A stretch of 64,000 nucleotides of DNA from a bacterium (GCA_030427205.1 JAUHXC010000051.1:1336-65335), one strand, 5' to 3'; counted from the stretch's first letter, positions 10,038 through 22,537 are shown. The notes: a model not told the origin generated them from the letters alone. Translations and numbers: made by a program.

Positions 10038-10053
10038 TGGCATCGCGCTTGCT
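10038..10053 (+). promoter_or_regulatory. Putative sigma54 -24/-12 promoter
   Basis: TGGCATCGCGCTTGCT is close to the consensus TGGCACG-N4-TTGCW and lies upstream of ORF 10118. Confidence 0.65.
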
Positions 10054-10117
10054 CTAGCGCAGGCGCCGAGAGCCACTGGATACAAAGGTATCCGCAGCCC
10101 ACGACCCGGAGGCCACC

Positions 10118-10438
10118 ATGCACCGCATCGAGAGCAGGACCGCTTGGAGCACGCGCCCGCGGCAGGTCCGCAAGACCGCCGACAGCGTGATCGAGTTGCA
10201 GATCGTGCCCGGCCTCGCCGCCGACGCCTTGATCGTGCGCGCCCGTCATCGCCTGTCGATGCACGCCGATCGGGTGCGACGCCGCCGCCGGGGCGCTGGC
10301 ATCACCCCGGCCACCTCGTGGCCGATGGCCAGCGTCGCCCGCATCAGCCTGCCAACACGACCCAAGGTGAAGGCGCCCGAGCCGCCCGAGCCGCCCGAGC
10401 CCCCCGGAAGCCCGCCGCCGCACGACCCCTGTCGCTGA
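10118..10438 (+). CDS. Small basic hypothetical protein
   Basis: GGAGG RBS before the ATG, sigma54-like box upstream, occupies an intergenic gap. Confidence 0.55.
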   Translation: MHRIESRTAWSTRPRQVRKTADSVIELQIVPGLAADALIVRARHRLSMHADRVRRRRRGAGITPATSWPMASVARISLPTRPKVKAPEPPEPPEPPGSPPPHDPCR

Positions 10439-10451
10439 GCCGCTCGCCGGC

Positions 10452-10877
10452 CTACCAGCTGCCCGTGCTCGGCATCGAGGCCCAGGGCTCCTTGGCGTCG
10501 AGCGCCGGCCCCTTCTGCAGCAGCTCGATCGAGATCTGGTCCGGCGAGCGCACGAACGCCATCCGGCCATCCCGCGGCGGACGCAAAACGCTCACACCCA
10601 TCGACTGCAGGTGCTCGCAGGTGGCGTAGATGTCGTCGACCGCGAACGCCAGGTGGCCGAAGTTGCGCCCGCCGTCGCAGGGCGCGTCCTGATCCCAGTT
10701 GTAGGTCAGCTCGATCTGCGCGTTGTCGTCGTCGGCGCCGGTCTCGAGGAAGACCAGCGAGAAGCGGCCCTTCTCGTAGTCGCTGCGCCGGGTCTGCTTC
10801 AGCCCGAGGCCGTCGCAGAAGAAGCGCAGGGCCGCGTCGAGGTCGTAGACCCGGATCATCGAGTGCAGGAACTTCAT
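10452..10877 (-). CDS. gloA: Lactoylglutathione lyase (glyoxalase I, VOC family)
   Basis: [53 protein letters not shown]. Confidence 0.93.
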   Translation of the reverse strand: MKFLHSMIRVYDLDAALRFFCDGLGLKQTRRSDYEKGRFSLVFLETGADDDNAQIELTYNWDQDAPCDGGRNFGHLAFAVDDIYATCEHLQSMGVSVLRPPRDGRMAFVRSPDQISIELLQKGPALDAKEPWASMPSTGSW

Positions 10878-10938
10878 GTCGCTCGCTCCCCTCGCCCGGT
10901 GGGCGTCGTAGCACAGGCTGCGGCCGCCGCGGCGGCTG

Positions 10939-11604
10939 TCAGCCGCCGGAGACCATCGCCTTGATGGCCGCGTAATCCTGCCCGCTGATGGCGCCGACCC
11001 GCACGCAGCGCAGGTGCCCGGCGGGATCGACCAGGGCGTGGATCGGGATCGCCGACGTCCGGTCGACGCCGAGCAGATCGAGGAACCCCTCCCAGTCGGC
11101 CTCGCCGCGGATCCAGCGCACGGGGCCGGGCAGGCCCTTGGCCATGCGATCCTTCAGCGCCGCCTCTTCGCTGGGCTTGTCGATGGTCAGCAGCTGCAGA
11201 TCGACCGGCTTGCCGTCCTTCTCGAGCCCGCGCACCCAGCGGGCCATCAGGCCCATCTCTTCGACGCACGGCGCGCACCACGTGGCCCAGACGTTGACCC
11301 AGGTCCAGCGGTCGTTGGCCAGGGCCTTGCTCGGCACCTGTCCGTCGGGCAGCGGGCGCTCGGCGGGCCACTCGAAGGCGCGCTGGCCGGCGGGCCACGT
11401 CGCCTCGCAGAAGCCGCCGGTGTCGTTGACCGGGCCGCCCTTCTTCTTGGGCTTGACCGCCGCGGTGCGCCCGGTGGGCTTGGGGGCCGTCGCCGGCTCC
11501 TTGCTCGGGCAGCCGGTGAGGCTGAGCCCGGCGAGCACGAGGGCGGCCCAGGCGGCCAACAGCGCGGCGCGGGTCGAGGTGCGGTTCACGATGGCGTCTC
11601 CCAT
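10939..11604 (-). CDS. TlpA/ResA-like thioredoxin lipoprotein
   Basis: Lipobox LTGC; [16 protein letters not shown]; cis-Pro motif IP. Confidence 0.85.
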   Translation of the reverse strand: MGDAIVNRTSTRAALLAAWAALVLAGLSLTGCPSKEPATAPKPTGRTAAVKPKKKGGPVNDTGGFCEATWPAGQRAFEWPAERPLPDGQVPSKALANDRWTWVNVWATWCAPCVEEMGLMARWVRGLEKDGKPVDLQLLTIDKPSEEAALKDRMAKGLPGPVRWIRGEADWEGFLDLLGVDRTSAIPIHALVDPAGHLRCVRVGAISGQDYAAIKAMVSGG

Positions 11605-11716
11605 GGCATCGGGATGGCTCCCGGATGACTCATAAACTCGTCAATGACACGCAAAACGGCACCATAATGCCATACTTACACGTCCGCATGGCATGCGAAA
11701 TGCCATACCCGCAACG

Positions 11717-12403
11717 TCAGATCGCGCAGTCGATCCAGGCGACGAAGGCGCTGCGGTTGATCTCCTTCTCGGTGCACTCTTCGGTGCGCGAGCGCTGCCA
11801 GCCGCAGAACTCTTCGCCGAGCTGGGCGAAGTCCTCGCCGAGCCACAAGAGCCCGACCTGCTTGGCGATGTCCGGGTCGCGGAACTTCTGCTCGAGGTGG
11901 CCGAGCACGCTGCGCGCCCGGCCGGCGCTGAGCTTCTCGTTGTGCTCGGTCTTGCCGTCGGGGCTCGCCCGGGCGACGACGAAGAAGAAGCTCGCCCCCT
12001 GCTGCGCGGCCCAGGCGGTCTCGACGGTGCGCACGCCGGACGGGTCGAGGTCGACCGAGTCGGCGTCGAACTGCACGATGTGCGCCCGCTTCTCCAGCGG
12101 CCGGAACAGCGCGTTGAACTCGTCGTCGGTCAGCTGGGCGACGTTCTTGGCCACCGCCGGCTGACAGCCGCGGCCGCTGGCGCCCACCAGCCCGCAGGCG
12201 GTGGCCACCCGGCGCACGATGGCCTTGAGCTTGGGCGTGCAGTAGGCGTCCTCGCTCACCGAGGCGATGGCCACCTCTTCTTCGGCGGTGTAATCGGCGG
12301 CGTTGAGCCGGCTCTCGGCGGCGCCGAGCCAGCTCGACACCATCAAGAGCGGCACCAGCAGAGCCGGCACGCCGACGATCGCCCGTCGCATGATGTCGTT
12401 CAC
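11717..12403 (-). CDS. Cys-rich OmpA-like domain protein
   Basis: Signal/TM segment; QFDADS...ARASPDG..HNEKLSAGRARSV; several Cys. GTGA overlap with the upstream gene. Confidence 0.7.
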   Translation of the reverse strand: MNDIMRRAIVGVPALLVPLLMVSSWLGAAESRLNAADYTAEEEVAIASVSEDAYCTPKLKAIVRRVATACGLVGASGRGCQPAVAKNVAQLTDDEFNALFRPLEKRAHIVQFDADSVDLDPSGVRTVETAWAAQQGASFFFVVARASPDGKTEHNEKLSAGRARSVLGHLEQKFRDPDIAKQVGLLWLGEDFAQLGEEFCGWQRSRTEECTEKEINRSAFVAWIDCAI

Positions 12404-13728
12404 TTCGCGCCTCCCACCATCCGGGTCAGAGTGTATTCGAGCCCCAGGTCGGTGTCTTCGTCACACAGGCGGTTGCCTTTGACGAAGAGCTGCGGGGTCA
12501 TGACCGGCAGCGCGTTGGCCACCGCCCAGCGCAGGCTCTTGACCACCCGGTTGCGGGCCACCGGCGTGCCCAGGCAGCCGCCCACCGCCGGGAAGGCGGC
12601 CTTGATCTGGCTGCGCACCGGCCCGTCGCCGTCCTTGGCCGCTTCGAGCAGCGCCGCCTGGTTCTCGAAGGCCCACTGCAGAATCGCCCGCACGTCGCTC
12701 TGCCCGTTGGCGCAGAGCATCGCCTCGCTGACCGCGCAGGCCCCCGGGTGCAGCGACTCGGTCAGCATCCAGTTGCACTCGGCGTCGAGCGGGAACAGCA
12801 CCGCCCGCAGGTCGAGCGTCTTGTCGAGCCCGCTCTCGTGCAGCCGCCCGTCGAAGGCCTTGCACGCCGGGCACAGCGGGTCGAGCAGCTCGATGGAGGC
12901 CGCCTTGCCCGGGTTGCGGCCGATGTCGAGCATGATGCCCGCCGGATCCTCGGGCTGCACCAGGGTGCCGCAGCCGCTGACCCCGCGCTCATTGGCCTCG
13001 GTCTGCGGGATGAACACCAGCCAGACCATGGTCAGCACGACCACGAAGCCGACGCCTTCGAGCACGCCGACGCCGAAGCGGCGCGCGCCGTCGGGATCAC
13101 CCATCGGCGGCGAGCTGCTCATCACGAACGCCGCGAGCGCGCCGACGAAGGTCAGCCCCGAGACGACGTATATGCCGGCGCAGACGGTGCACAAGGCGCC
13201 CACCTCGCTGTACGAGATGTAGCCGTAGCCGACGCTCATGACCACCGGCAGCACCGTCGCCGCGAGCAGGAAGCCGGTCTCGGCGCGGGTCGCCTCGCCG
13301 CCCTTCCACGCCAGGTGGGCCGCCCGGTAGGCCAGGAAGCAGAAGACGGCCAGCGCGAACAGGCTGATCGGGATGCCGCCCCAGTAGTCGGTGCGGAACC
13401 ACGAGCTGTAGGGGCTCATCATCACGACCTTGCAGCCGTTCTCCATGCCCGCCTCGCCGCCCGGCATCACCGAGCAGGTCACCGAGTGCACCTGCCGGTC
13501 GAGGTGGGCGGCGAAGTCGGCGGTCGAGGTCGCGGCGAACATCGCCCCGCCCAGCGCCGCGAGCAGCACCAGCACCAGCGGGATCCGGACTGGCTTCTGG
13601 CCGAAGCCGGTGTTGATCGGCGGTTCGTAATCGACGTCGGCCTCGACGTCAGCCGCGTCGGGGAAGCCGTCGGCGTCCCCCAGGCTGTAGCCGTCGTCTT
13701 CGGCCAGCTCTTCCCATTTACGGGCCAT
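12400..13728 (-). CDS. VKOR (vitamin K epoxide reductase) - DsbA/thioredoxin fusion
   Basis: VKOR loop Cys pair, CKVVMMSPYS, membrane CTVC, C-terminal thioredoxin CPAC and TP. ATG 13728 with AGGAG RBS. Confidence 0.85.
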   Translation of the reverse strand: MARKWEELAEDDGYSLGDADGFPDAADVEADVDYEPPINTGFGQKPVRIPLVLVLLAALGGAMFAATSTADFAAHLDRQVHSVTCSVMPGGEAGMENGCKVVMMSPYSSWFRTDYWGGIPISLFALAVFCFLAYRAAHLAWKGGEATRAETGFLLAATVLPVVMSVGYGYISYSEVGALCTVCAGIYVVSGLTFVGALAAFVMSSSPPMGDPDGARRFGVGVLEGVGFVVVLTMVWLVFIPQTEANERGVSGCGTLVQPEDPAGIMLDIGRNPGKAASIELLDPLCPACKAFDGRLHESGLDKTLDLRAVLFPLDAECNWMLTESLHPGACAVSEAMLCANGQSDVRAILQWAFENQAALLEAAKDGDGPVRSQIKAAFPAVGGCLGTPVARNRVVKSLRWAVANALPVMTPQLFVKGNRLCDEDTDLGLEYTLTRMVGGAK

Positions 13729-13948
13729 GCGCATCTCCTGCGAGCGGTCGCCTGTCGCATGGGAGGCGCTCGCGGGGCGAAGCGTCGCAAGGCGCGCCGA
13801 TCGACGCAAGCCCGTGACGCCCGGCGGTACAGCCCGGCACGGGCCGGCCCGGGTCACCGGCCGGAAACCGTGCGCCTTTGAGCGATGTGAGCTAAGGTCA
13901 CTCCCGGACTCGAACACCCGCGAAACCACGGACCCGACGGCCGCCCCC

Positions 13949-16282
<2,334 letters not shown>

Positions 16283-16294
16283 GCCCGCGAGCGC

Positions 16295-18058
16295 TCAGTG
16301 AGCGCGCGGCATGGCGGTGACCGGCGCCGGCTCGGACAGCACATGGGCCCGCGCCAACCGGCGCAGCAGGGGCTCGATGTCGATGGCGCGCTTCTGCACG
16401 GCGACCTCCTCCGGTTCGGCCCGCTGCCCGACGAAGAAGCGGGTGCGCAGATACTGCACCGGCTCGCCGGGCGCCGGGCGGATACCGCTCAGCGGGATTT
16501 GAAAGCCTTGGATCTGCGCGATGAACATATCGCGCGCGATGGGGATGAGCGCGGGCTCGTAGGGGATGTTGGCCTCGTCGACCAGCGGCAGGGTCAGCTC
16601 GAGCCCGCCGGCCTCGGTCTGCGCGACGCTGATCGGGCCGATATTGGGCCCGCCGACGTACTCGCCCACATAGTCGGCGTAGGTCGTCGGATCGGGCGCG
16701 CGGTCGGGGGCTTCGGCGGCGGGCGGGAAGTCATCGCTCGCCGCCAGCATCGGGATGAGGCAGCCGAGCAGCTGATTGTTCAGCGCGTCGCCATTGGCCA
16801 GCACCGTCGCGCCGAGGCCCAGCTCGGGCGCGGTCACCAAGACGCTGGTGTAGCCGGTGATGTTGCCGCCGTGCCCGACCAGCTCGACCGGATACCACGA
16901 CCGATCGATCCACAGGCCGTGCTCGTGGATGAGCCCGTGGCCGTACTCGACCTCGACGCCGAACGACTCGGCGGGCACCTGCGGGCTGCGCCAGACCTGC
17001 CAGGTCTCGGGCGTGACCGGCGGCAGCCAGGGCTCGGGATCGAGGTCGTCGCCCAGCGGCCGGCCCTCCATCACGTAGCGCACGTAGTGGGCCAGATCGA
17101 GCACCGACGCCCAGCCCAGCCCGGCGGGGCGGGTCCAGACGCTGTCGTACTCCTCCGCCGGCACCCGGCGCAGCATGCCGGGGAAGGCGCCCGCGGTGGA
17201 TCCCAAGGCGTAGTCGCCGTCGGCCACGACGTCCGCCGGGCGGAAGACGACCCGCTGCATGCGCAGCGGCTCGAAGACCAGCCGCTGCATCGCCGCCCGA
17301 TAGCTCTCGCCGGTGAGCACCTCGAGCACCCGGCCGGCGAGCATGAAGTTGGGGTTCGAGTAGTTGTAGAAGGTGCCCGGGTCGACCATGAAAAAGGCCG
17401 ACTCGGCGAAGGCTTCGCCCTCGACCACCTCGCCGAGCACGCTGTCGGGATCACCGGGCTCTTGCAGCGCGATGTAGTCGGCCATGCCGCCCTGATGGGT
17501 CAGCAGGTGGTGCACCGTGAGATCCTGCCAGCGGGGGTCGGCGTGCTCGGCCAGCGGCGGCAGCACCTCGGCGGCCGCGGTCTCGGCGGCGATATCGCCC
17601 TGCTCGATCTCGGTGAAGACGGCCAGCGCGGTCATGCCCTTGAGGGTCGACCCGAAGCGGAAGAGCGTCGAGGGCGCGACCGGCGTCTCGTCGGCGTCGT
17701 TGCGGTGGCCGATACCGGCGGCGTGCACGAGTTCGCCGCCCTCGACGATGGCGACGGCCGCGCCGGTGGCGCCGCTCGCGTCGAGCACGCCGGCGAGGCA
17801 GAGATCGACCGCCTCGAAGCGTCCCGGCGGCGGGCCGGCGTCCGGCGCCAGCGCATCGGCGATCGCCATGTCGGGCGCGGCCATATCGGGCGCGGCCATA
17901 TCCGGCCCGGCCATGTCCGCCGCAGCGTCGGGCGCCGGCATGGCATCCGGCGCCGCGTCGACGGCAGCGTCCACCGGCTCGCCCTGCGACCCGTCCTCGA
18001 AGCACCCGGCCAACGCCAGCGCGCCGGCCAGCGCGACCCCTGCCCGCAACCCATGCAT
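16295..18058 (-). CDS. Serine hydrolase (class C beta-lactamase/CubicO family) lipoprotein
   Basis: Lipobox LAGC; SxxK (GSTLK), LLTHQGG, YSN, HGG. ATG 18058 with GGAGG RBS. Confidence 0.88.
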   Translation of the reverse strand: MHGLRAGVALAGALALAGCFEDGSQGEPVDAAVDAAPDAMPAPDAAADMAGPDMAAPDMAAPDMAIADALAPDAGPPPGRFEAVDLCLAGVLDASGATGAAVAIVEGGELVHAAGIGHRNDADETPVAPSTLFRFGSTLKGMTALAVFTEIEQGDIAAETAAAEVLPPLAEHADPRWQDLTVHHLLTHQGGMADYIALQEPGDPDSVLGEVVEGEAFAESAFFMVDPGTFYNYSNPNFMLAGRVLEVLTGESYRAAMQRLVFEPLRMQRVVFRPADVVADGDYALGSTAGAFPGMLRRVPAEEYDSVWTRPAGLGWASVLDLAHYVRYVMEGRPLGDDLDPEPWLPPVTPETWQVWRSPQVPAESFGVEVEYGHGLIHEHGLWIDRSWYPVELVGHGGNITGYTSVLVTAPELGLGATVLANGDALNNQLLGCLIPMLAASDDFPPAAEAPDRAPDPTTYADYVGEYVGGPNIGPISVAQTEAGGLELTLPLVDEANIPYEPALIPIARDMFIAQIQGFQIPLSGIRPAPGEPVQYLRTRFFVGQRAEPEEVAVQKRAIDIEPLLRRLARAHVLSEPAPVTAMPRAH

Positions 18059-18287
18059 GGCATCACCTCCCACCCGGCCGTCGTTCGACGCCGAGCCTGT
18101 CGACTGCAATGGATATCGTCCCCGTTCGCCGACGGGTACGGGCCGCCCGACCGCCAATGTAGACCGATCGGCCGCCGCGGCCCGATCTGGATGCCTTCAG
18201 CGTCCGTCGAACGCAGCGGCCCGTGCCCGACCCGGCGACGCGGCCCCGGTTGTCCCATGCGAGCGGCGGGGGTATGGTGGCGCCGTC

Positions 18288-18845
18288 ATGGATGCAGCCC
18301 TGCCCGCCCCGCGAAGCGCGACCGCCACCCTCATCTCGTTGTGGGGCATGGTCGGCGTCGTGCTGCTCATCGGCTCGGCGCTGTGGCGCCTGACACCGCT
18401 GGCCATCGAACCCATCGCCGACGGCTCGATGAACGCGTTTCACTGGGCGCTCATGATCGGCTGGACGGCGTTCAACGCCTACGCCGAGGGCTATCGCGGG
18501 TTCCAGCTGCGGTTCTCGCCGCGCACCGCCGCCCGCGCGCTGTATCTGGGCCACAACCCGACGCCATTGCGGGTCGCGCTCGCGCCGCTGTTCTGCATGG
18601 GCTTCTTCGGCGCCACCCGACGCGTGCTCATCGCCGCCTGGGCCGTGCTGCTGATCGTGGCCGGGCTGGTGGCGCTCATCCGGGCGCTCGACCAGCCGTG
18701 GCGCGGCATCATCGACGCCGGCGTGGTCGTCGGCCTCGGCTGGGGCCTGCTCACCCTGATCGCCTTCTTCGTGCGCGGGCTCGCGCTCAACCACCTGCCG
18801 GCCGACCCGCAGGTGCCCGGAGGGGACGGCGATGCCCGAGGGTGA
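18288..18845 (+). CDS. Small integral membrane protein
   Basis: 4-5 TM segments; YAEGYRGFQ, PLFCMGFF, QPWRGIIDAGVVVGL. Confidence 0.75.
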   Translation: MDAALPAPRSATATLISLWGMVGVVLLIGSALWRLTPLAIEPIADGSMNAFHWALMIGWTAFNAYAEGYRGFQLRFSPRTAARALYLGHNPTPLRVALAPLFCMGFFGATRRVLIAAWAVLLIVAGLVALIRALDQPWRGIIDAGVVVGLGWGLLTLIAFFVRGLALNHLPADPQVPGGDGDARG

Positions 18846-19296
18846 CGGCGCGCCGGATTCAAACGGCCGCAAGACGCCATCCACCGTCGAGCCGCGCAGC
18901 GAAGCCCGACGACGGCGCTCGACGCTGAGCACCCGCGGCTACACCGGCCCGCTGCGCATCACCCCGCCCGAACCCGAGCCCGAACCCGAGCCCGAGCCGC
19001 CCGATCCCTTCCAGCTGCTGCTCGGCCCCGGCGCGCTGGTGCTCTTCGCCCTGGCCGGCGTCGTCGCCGTCTTCCCGCTCGGCTTCCTCACCGACGACCC
19101 GCAGTGGTGGGCGGTCATCCCGCCGGGCGTCGGCACGGTGCTGGTCCTCATCGCGCTGGTCTGGACCATCCGCCTGCGCGGCCGCGGCGCCCTGCCCCTC
19201 GAAGCGGTGCACTATCGCGGCGTGCTCGGCGGCCTCGTGGCGCTGCTGCTGCTCGCCGGCGGCACGGCGTTCCGCATGTGGTGGCAGGCCCAGTAG
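18832..19296 (+). CDS. Three-TM membrane protein with (PE)n linker
   Basis: Overlaps the upstream gene; three hydrophobic helices. Confidence 0.65.
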   Translation: MPEGDGAPDSNGRKTPSTVEPRSEARRRRSTLSTRGYTGPLRITPPEPEPEPEPEPPDPFQLLLGPGALVLFALAGVVAVFPLGFLTDDPQWWAVIPPGVGTVLVLIALVWTIRLRGRGALPLEAVHYRGVLGGLVALLLLAGGTAFRMWWQAQ

Positions 19297-19335
19297 GCGC
19301 CGCGCCGGCCGGCTCGAACACCGCAGCCAATGCCA

Positions 19336-21867
19336 TCAATCCAACGGCAGCCGCGGCGTGGGCGTCTCGGGCAGCGTCACCGCCGGATCGCGCAGGGCCT
19401 TCCAATCGGCGGCGAGCGCGTCGCGCATCGCCGCCCAGCGGGTCTCGAAGATGGCGGCCAGCGCGTCCTGCGTCTCGTCGGGCAGCATCCACGACGTCTC
19501 GATGTTGGCCGCGACGGTCGGCGTCAGGTCGATCTGATGGATGGCCAGCCGCCCCTGATACAGCTCGTTGAGCTCGTCGAACATGCGCCGGTGCATATTG
19601 GCGCCGAGCGGCACCTGATCCTGAATCGTGGCCCACAGCCCGCTGATGTCACGCGGCGGCGCCTTGGTCGGCATGCCGCTGGCGTTGACCACCAGCAGCA
19701 CAACGCCGCGCCGCTTCAAGACATCCAGCCGGTTGCGCAGCAGGTGGTAGAGCGGCCACATGCCCGAGTTGCTCAGCACCCCGCCGTCGGTGAGGAAGAC
19801 CCGCCCCGGCTCCCCTGCCCGGCGGTCGTCGGCGAACGGGCTGAAGAACCGCGGCTGATCGGTCTCGACCTCGACCAGCGGGAAGCCGAACGGGAAGTTG
19901 GCCGACGCCCGCACCGCCGCGACCAGCGCCGGGTCGTAGCGTTCGAGCAGGTCTTCGAGGCCGTAGATCGCGTCGCGATAGAAGACCCAGGTCGGCGCCT
20001 CGGATCCGACGAACTCGACGTAGTCGTTATGGGTCGCGTCGTCGCCGTCGCTGTCATCCTCGTCGCGGGCGTCCGCGCGGATCGACAGGCCGTCGTCGAC
20101 CAGCTCATAGGCCTCGGCGGCCAGCGGGCTGATGACCACCGCGTTGGTATCGAGGGTCACCGTATTGAAGAGCGGCATCGGGCACGGCGGGTGCTTCGCG
20201 CCGGCCTCGGCCGCCGCCGACCACGCGTCGCGCACCGACGAGAGCCGCAGATCGCCGACCCCCGCCGCGTCGGCGAAGGCCGCCTCGATGGACGCGCCGC
20301 GCCCCGAGAACGGCGAGAGGAAACCCAGCACCGTCGGCCGGATGAAGTCCTGCCCGGCGCCGGCCACCATCGCGCCTTCTTCCAGGGCGTCGGGCGCGAG
20401 CCGCCGGCTGATGTAGATCGCGTTGGCCAGGCTGCCGCCCGAGACGCTGCTGATCGCGTGCACGTGCGGGCCCAGCGCCGCGGTGACCGCGTCGAAGTGC
20501 AGCCGCTCGAAGGTATGCGCCGCGTACAGGGCCGCCCGCGAGCCGCCGCCCGACGCGGCGATGACCACCACCGGATCGTCGCCGGCGAACGGCCAAGCGC
20601 TCGGCGGCAGCCGCTCGATGGACTCCGCCTCGTCATCGCTCCACGGCCCGGGGGTGAACGCCATCTTGCTGCCGACGAAGAGCATGCCGATGAGCGACAG
20701 GGCCAGCAGAATCCGGGTCAACGCCGCCCGCCGGTCGCGCAGCACCGTCGCCAGGTTGATCACCGAGCCGACGCCGAGCACCAGCAGGAAGGCGACCTCC
20801 TTGGAGATGCCCAGCACCGGCACCCGCCCCTGGGGCAGGTTGGCCAGCAGCAGCAGCGCGATGAGGCCCACCAGCACCATCAGCCGCACGTTGCGCGGAT
20901 CGAGGTTGTCCCAGTAGTCGATGAGCCGGGCGAAGCCGAGGATCGACGCGAGCACCGTCGCGATGAGCAGCGCGGTCAACGCCAGATCGAAGTCGTCGAA
21001 GACCCAGCCCCCCAGCAGGAACAAGCCCGCGCAGGCGGGCACCAGCATGCCGAAGTAGCGCTTGAGCTTGTGGCCGATGCTGGTCACGAAGATGCCCGGC
21101 CACGGGCTGTCATCGCGATAGGCCGGAAAATGCCGCGGGGCGACCACCAGCGGGTCGAGCTTGCGGAACGCGACCCCGCCGATGTCCCACGGCCGGATCA
21201 AGCCGGTCGTGCCGTCGGCGGTGGCCAGGTCGCGGTCGAAGCGAAGCTGCCGGTGGCCGACGAGCAGCAGCGGCAGAAACAGGTAGGTCAGCATCAGCCC
21301 GTTGAGCCAGGCGGCGGAGAAGAAGGCCGCCACCTGACGCATGTCGAAGACGAGGTAACCGACGCCCACCGTCGAGACGACCGTCGTCGCGTTCTTGTCG
21401 AGCCAGCGCATGCCGATCTCGGCGCGCTCGGTCAGCCGGTCGGTCAACGACGGCTTGCGCGGCGTGTGCTCGAGCAGCTTCAGCCCGAGCGTATAGACCG
21501 TCACGATGCCCGCGAAGAAGGCATCCCGCGCGTCGGCGGCCGGCTTGCGGGAGGGCAGCGCGTGCACCGCCTCGCCCAGCAGGGCCCACGCGCGGGCCAG
21601 CGGCTCGAGATCCGGCGGCGCGTCTTCGGGCTCGACGGCCACCACGCAGTCGACCAGCAGCCGCAGCCGCGCGATGATCTCGGGCGCGGCGTCGGCGATG
21701 CGGGCGTCCATCGAAGCGTCACCCGTGCGCAGCAGCAGCCCGGCGTTGTAGAGCACCGAGCGCCCCTGCTCGATGCTGTCGTGCACGAAGGTCGCCGCGC
21801 GCAGGGGGTGCACCGGCGGTGAGGGCGACGCCCCGTCTGCGTCACTGGCGGATGACTCCCCCGACAT
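19336..21867 (-). CDS. Membrane-anchored patatin-like phospholipase
   Basis: ASGGGSRAA oxyanion loop, ISSVSGGS nucleophile, LTDGGV; about 7-8 TM segments upstream; GGAGGGG RBS. Confidence 0.85.
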   Translation of the reverse strand: MSGESSASDADGASPSPPVHPLRAATFVHDSIEQGRSVLYNAGLLLRTGDASMDARIADAAPEIIARLRLLVDCVVAVEPEDAPPDLEPLARAWALLGEAVHALPSRKPAADARDAFFAGIVTVYTLGLKLLEHTPRKPSLTDRLTERAEIGMRWLDKNATTVVSTVGVGYLVFDMRQVAAFFSAAWLNGLMLTYLFLPLLLVGHRQLRFDRDLATADGTTGLIRPWDIGGVAFRKLDPLVVAPRHFPAYRDDSPWPGIFVTSIGHKLKRYFGMLVPACAGLFLLGGWVFDDFDLALTALLIATVLASILGFARLIDYWDNLDPRNVRLMVLVGLIALLLLANLPQGRVPVLGISKEVAFLLVLGVGSVINLATVLRDRRAALTRILLALSLIGMLFVGSKMAFTPGPWSDDEAESIERLPPSAWPFAGDDPVVVIAASGGGSRAALYAAHTFERLHFDAVTAALGPHVHAISSVSGGSLANAIYISRRLAPDALEEGAMVAGAGQDFIRPTVLGFLSPFSGRGASIEAAFADAAGVGDLRLSSVRDAWSAAAEAGAKHPPCPMPLFNTVTLDTNAVVISPLAAEAYELVDDGLSIRADARDEDDSDGDDATHNDYVEFVGSEAPTWVFYRDAIYGLEDLLERYDPALVAAVRASANFPFGFPLVEVETDQPRFFSPFADDRRAGEPGRVFLTDGGVLSNSGMWPLYHLLRNRLDVLKRRGVVLLVVNASGMPTKAPPRDISGLWATIQDQVPLGANMHRRMFDELNELYQGRLAIHQIDLTPTVAANIETSWMLPDETQDALAAIFETRWAAMRDALAADWKALRDPAVTLPETPTPRLPLD

Positions 21868-21952
21868 CGCTCCCCTCCCATCGCAGCCTGCGCCGGGACA
21901 TCATCACCGATGACTCGACGCAGATCCACGCCGTGGGCCGAGCGCCCGAGGC

Positions 21953-22537
21953 TCACGCCGGCTCGTCGTCGTCGTCGTCGTAGAGCCGGCGATCGACCGG
22001 CGGCCCGCCGACCCCCAACCACTCGGCCAGCGTCGCGACCCGCTGAGCCACCTCGGCCTCGGTGACGAACGACCGCCCGATGCAGATGCGCGCGCCGCCG
22101 GTCAGCGCGACGACCCGGTACAGGTTGCGCGGGCGGTTGTACTCGACCGCGAAGCCGTCGATGTCGTCGAAGGGCACGACGTGCCGGGTGCGGATCCAGG
22201 CGATGCCCTCTTCGATGCGCAGCTCGCCCGGATCCCGCTCGAAGACGGTGCGCTCCCGCGGGGCCTTGGCGGCGATCCACCAGGCGAACGCGAAGAACAT
22301 CACCCCGGCCACCCCGAAGAGGTTGCGCTCGGCCCAGGCCGATACGCCGACCCAGACCCCGATGCCGATCATCAGCCCGGCGCTGAGCCAGACCGGCCAG
22401 GGCAGCGTCTTGAAGACCAGCCGCTCCGCCGAGCGCTTCGCCCAGCGGGCGCCGGCCAGCTGATCGGCGTTGCCGGTGTGGCGCAGCGGCCCCCGGGGCA
22501 GGTTGCGGTTGCGCCTGCGGCGATCGGCTCGACCCAC
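21953..22537 (-). CDS. Two-TM hypothetical protein with a PH-like C-terminal domain
   Basis: GTG 22537 with AGGAGG RBS; two TM segments, then a beta-rich domain (HVVPFDDIDGFAV). Confidence 0.6.
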   Translation of the reverse strand: MGRADRRRRNRNLPRGPLRHTGNADQLAGARWAKRSAERLVFKTLPWPVWLSAGLMIGIGVWVGVSAWAERNLFGVAGVMFFAFAWWIAAKAPRERTVFERDPGELRIEEGIAWIRTRHVVPFDDIDGFAVEYNRPRNLYRVVALTGGARICIGRSFVTEAEVAQRVATLAEWLGVGGPPVDRRLYDDDDDEPA

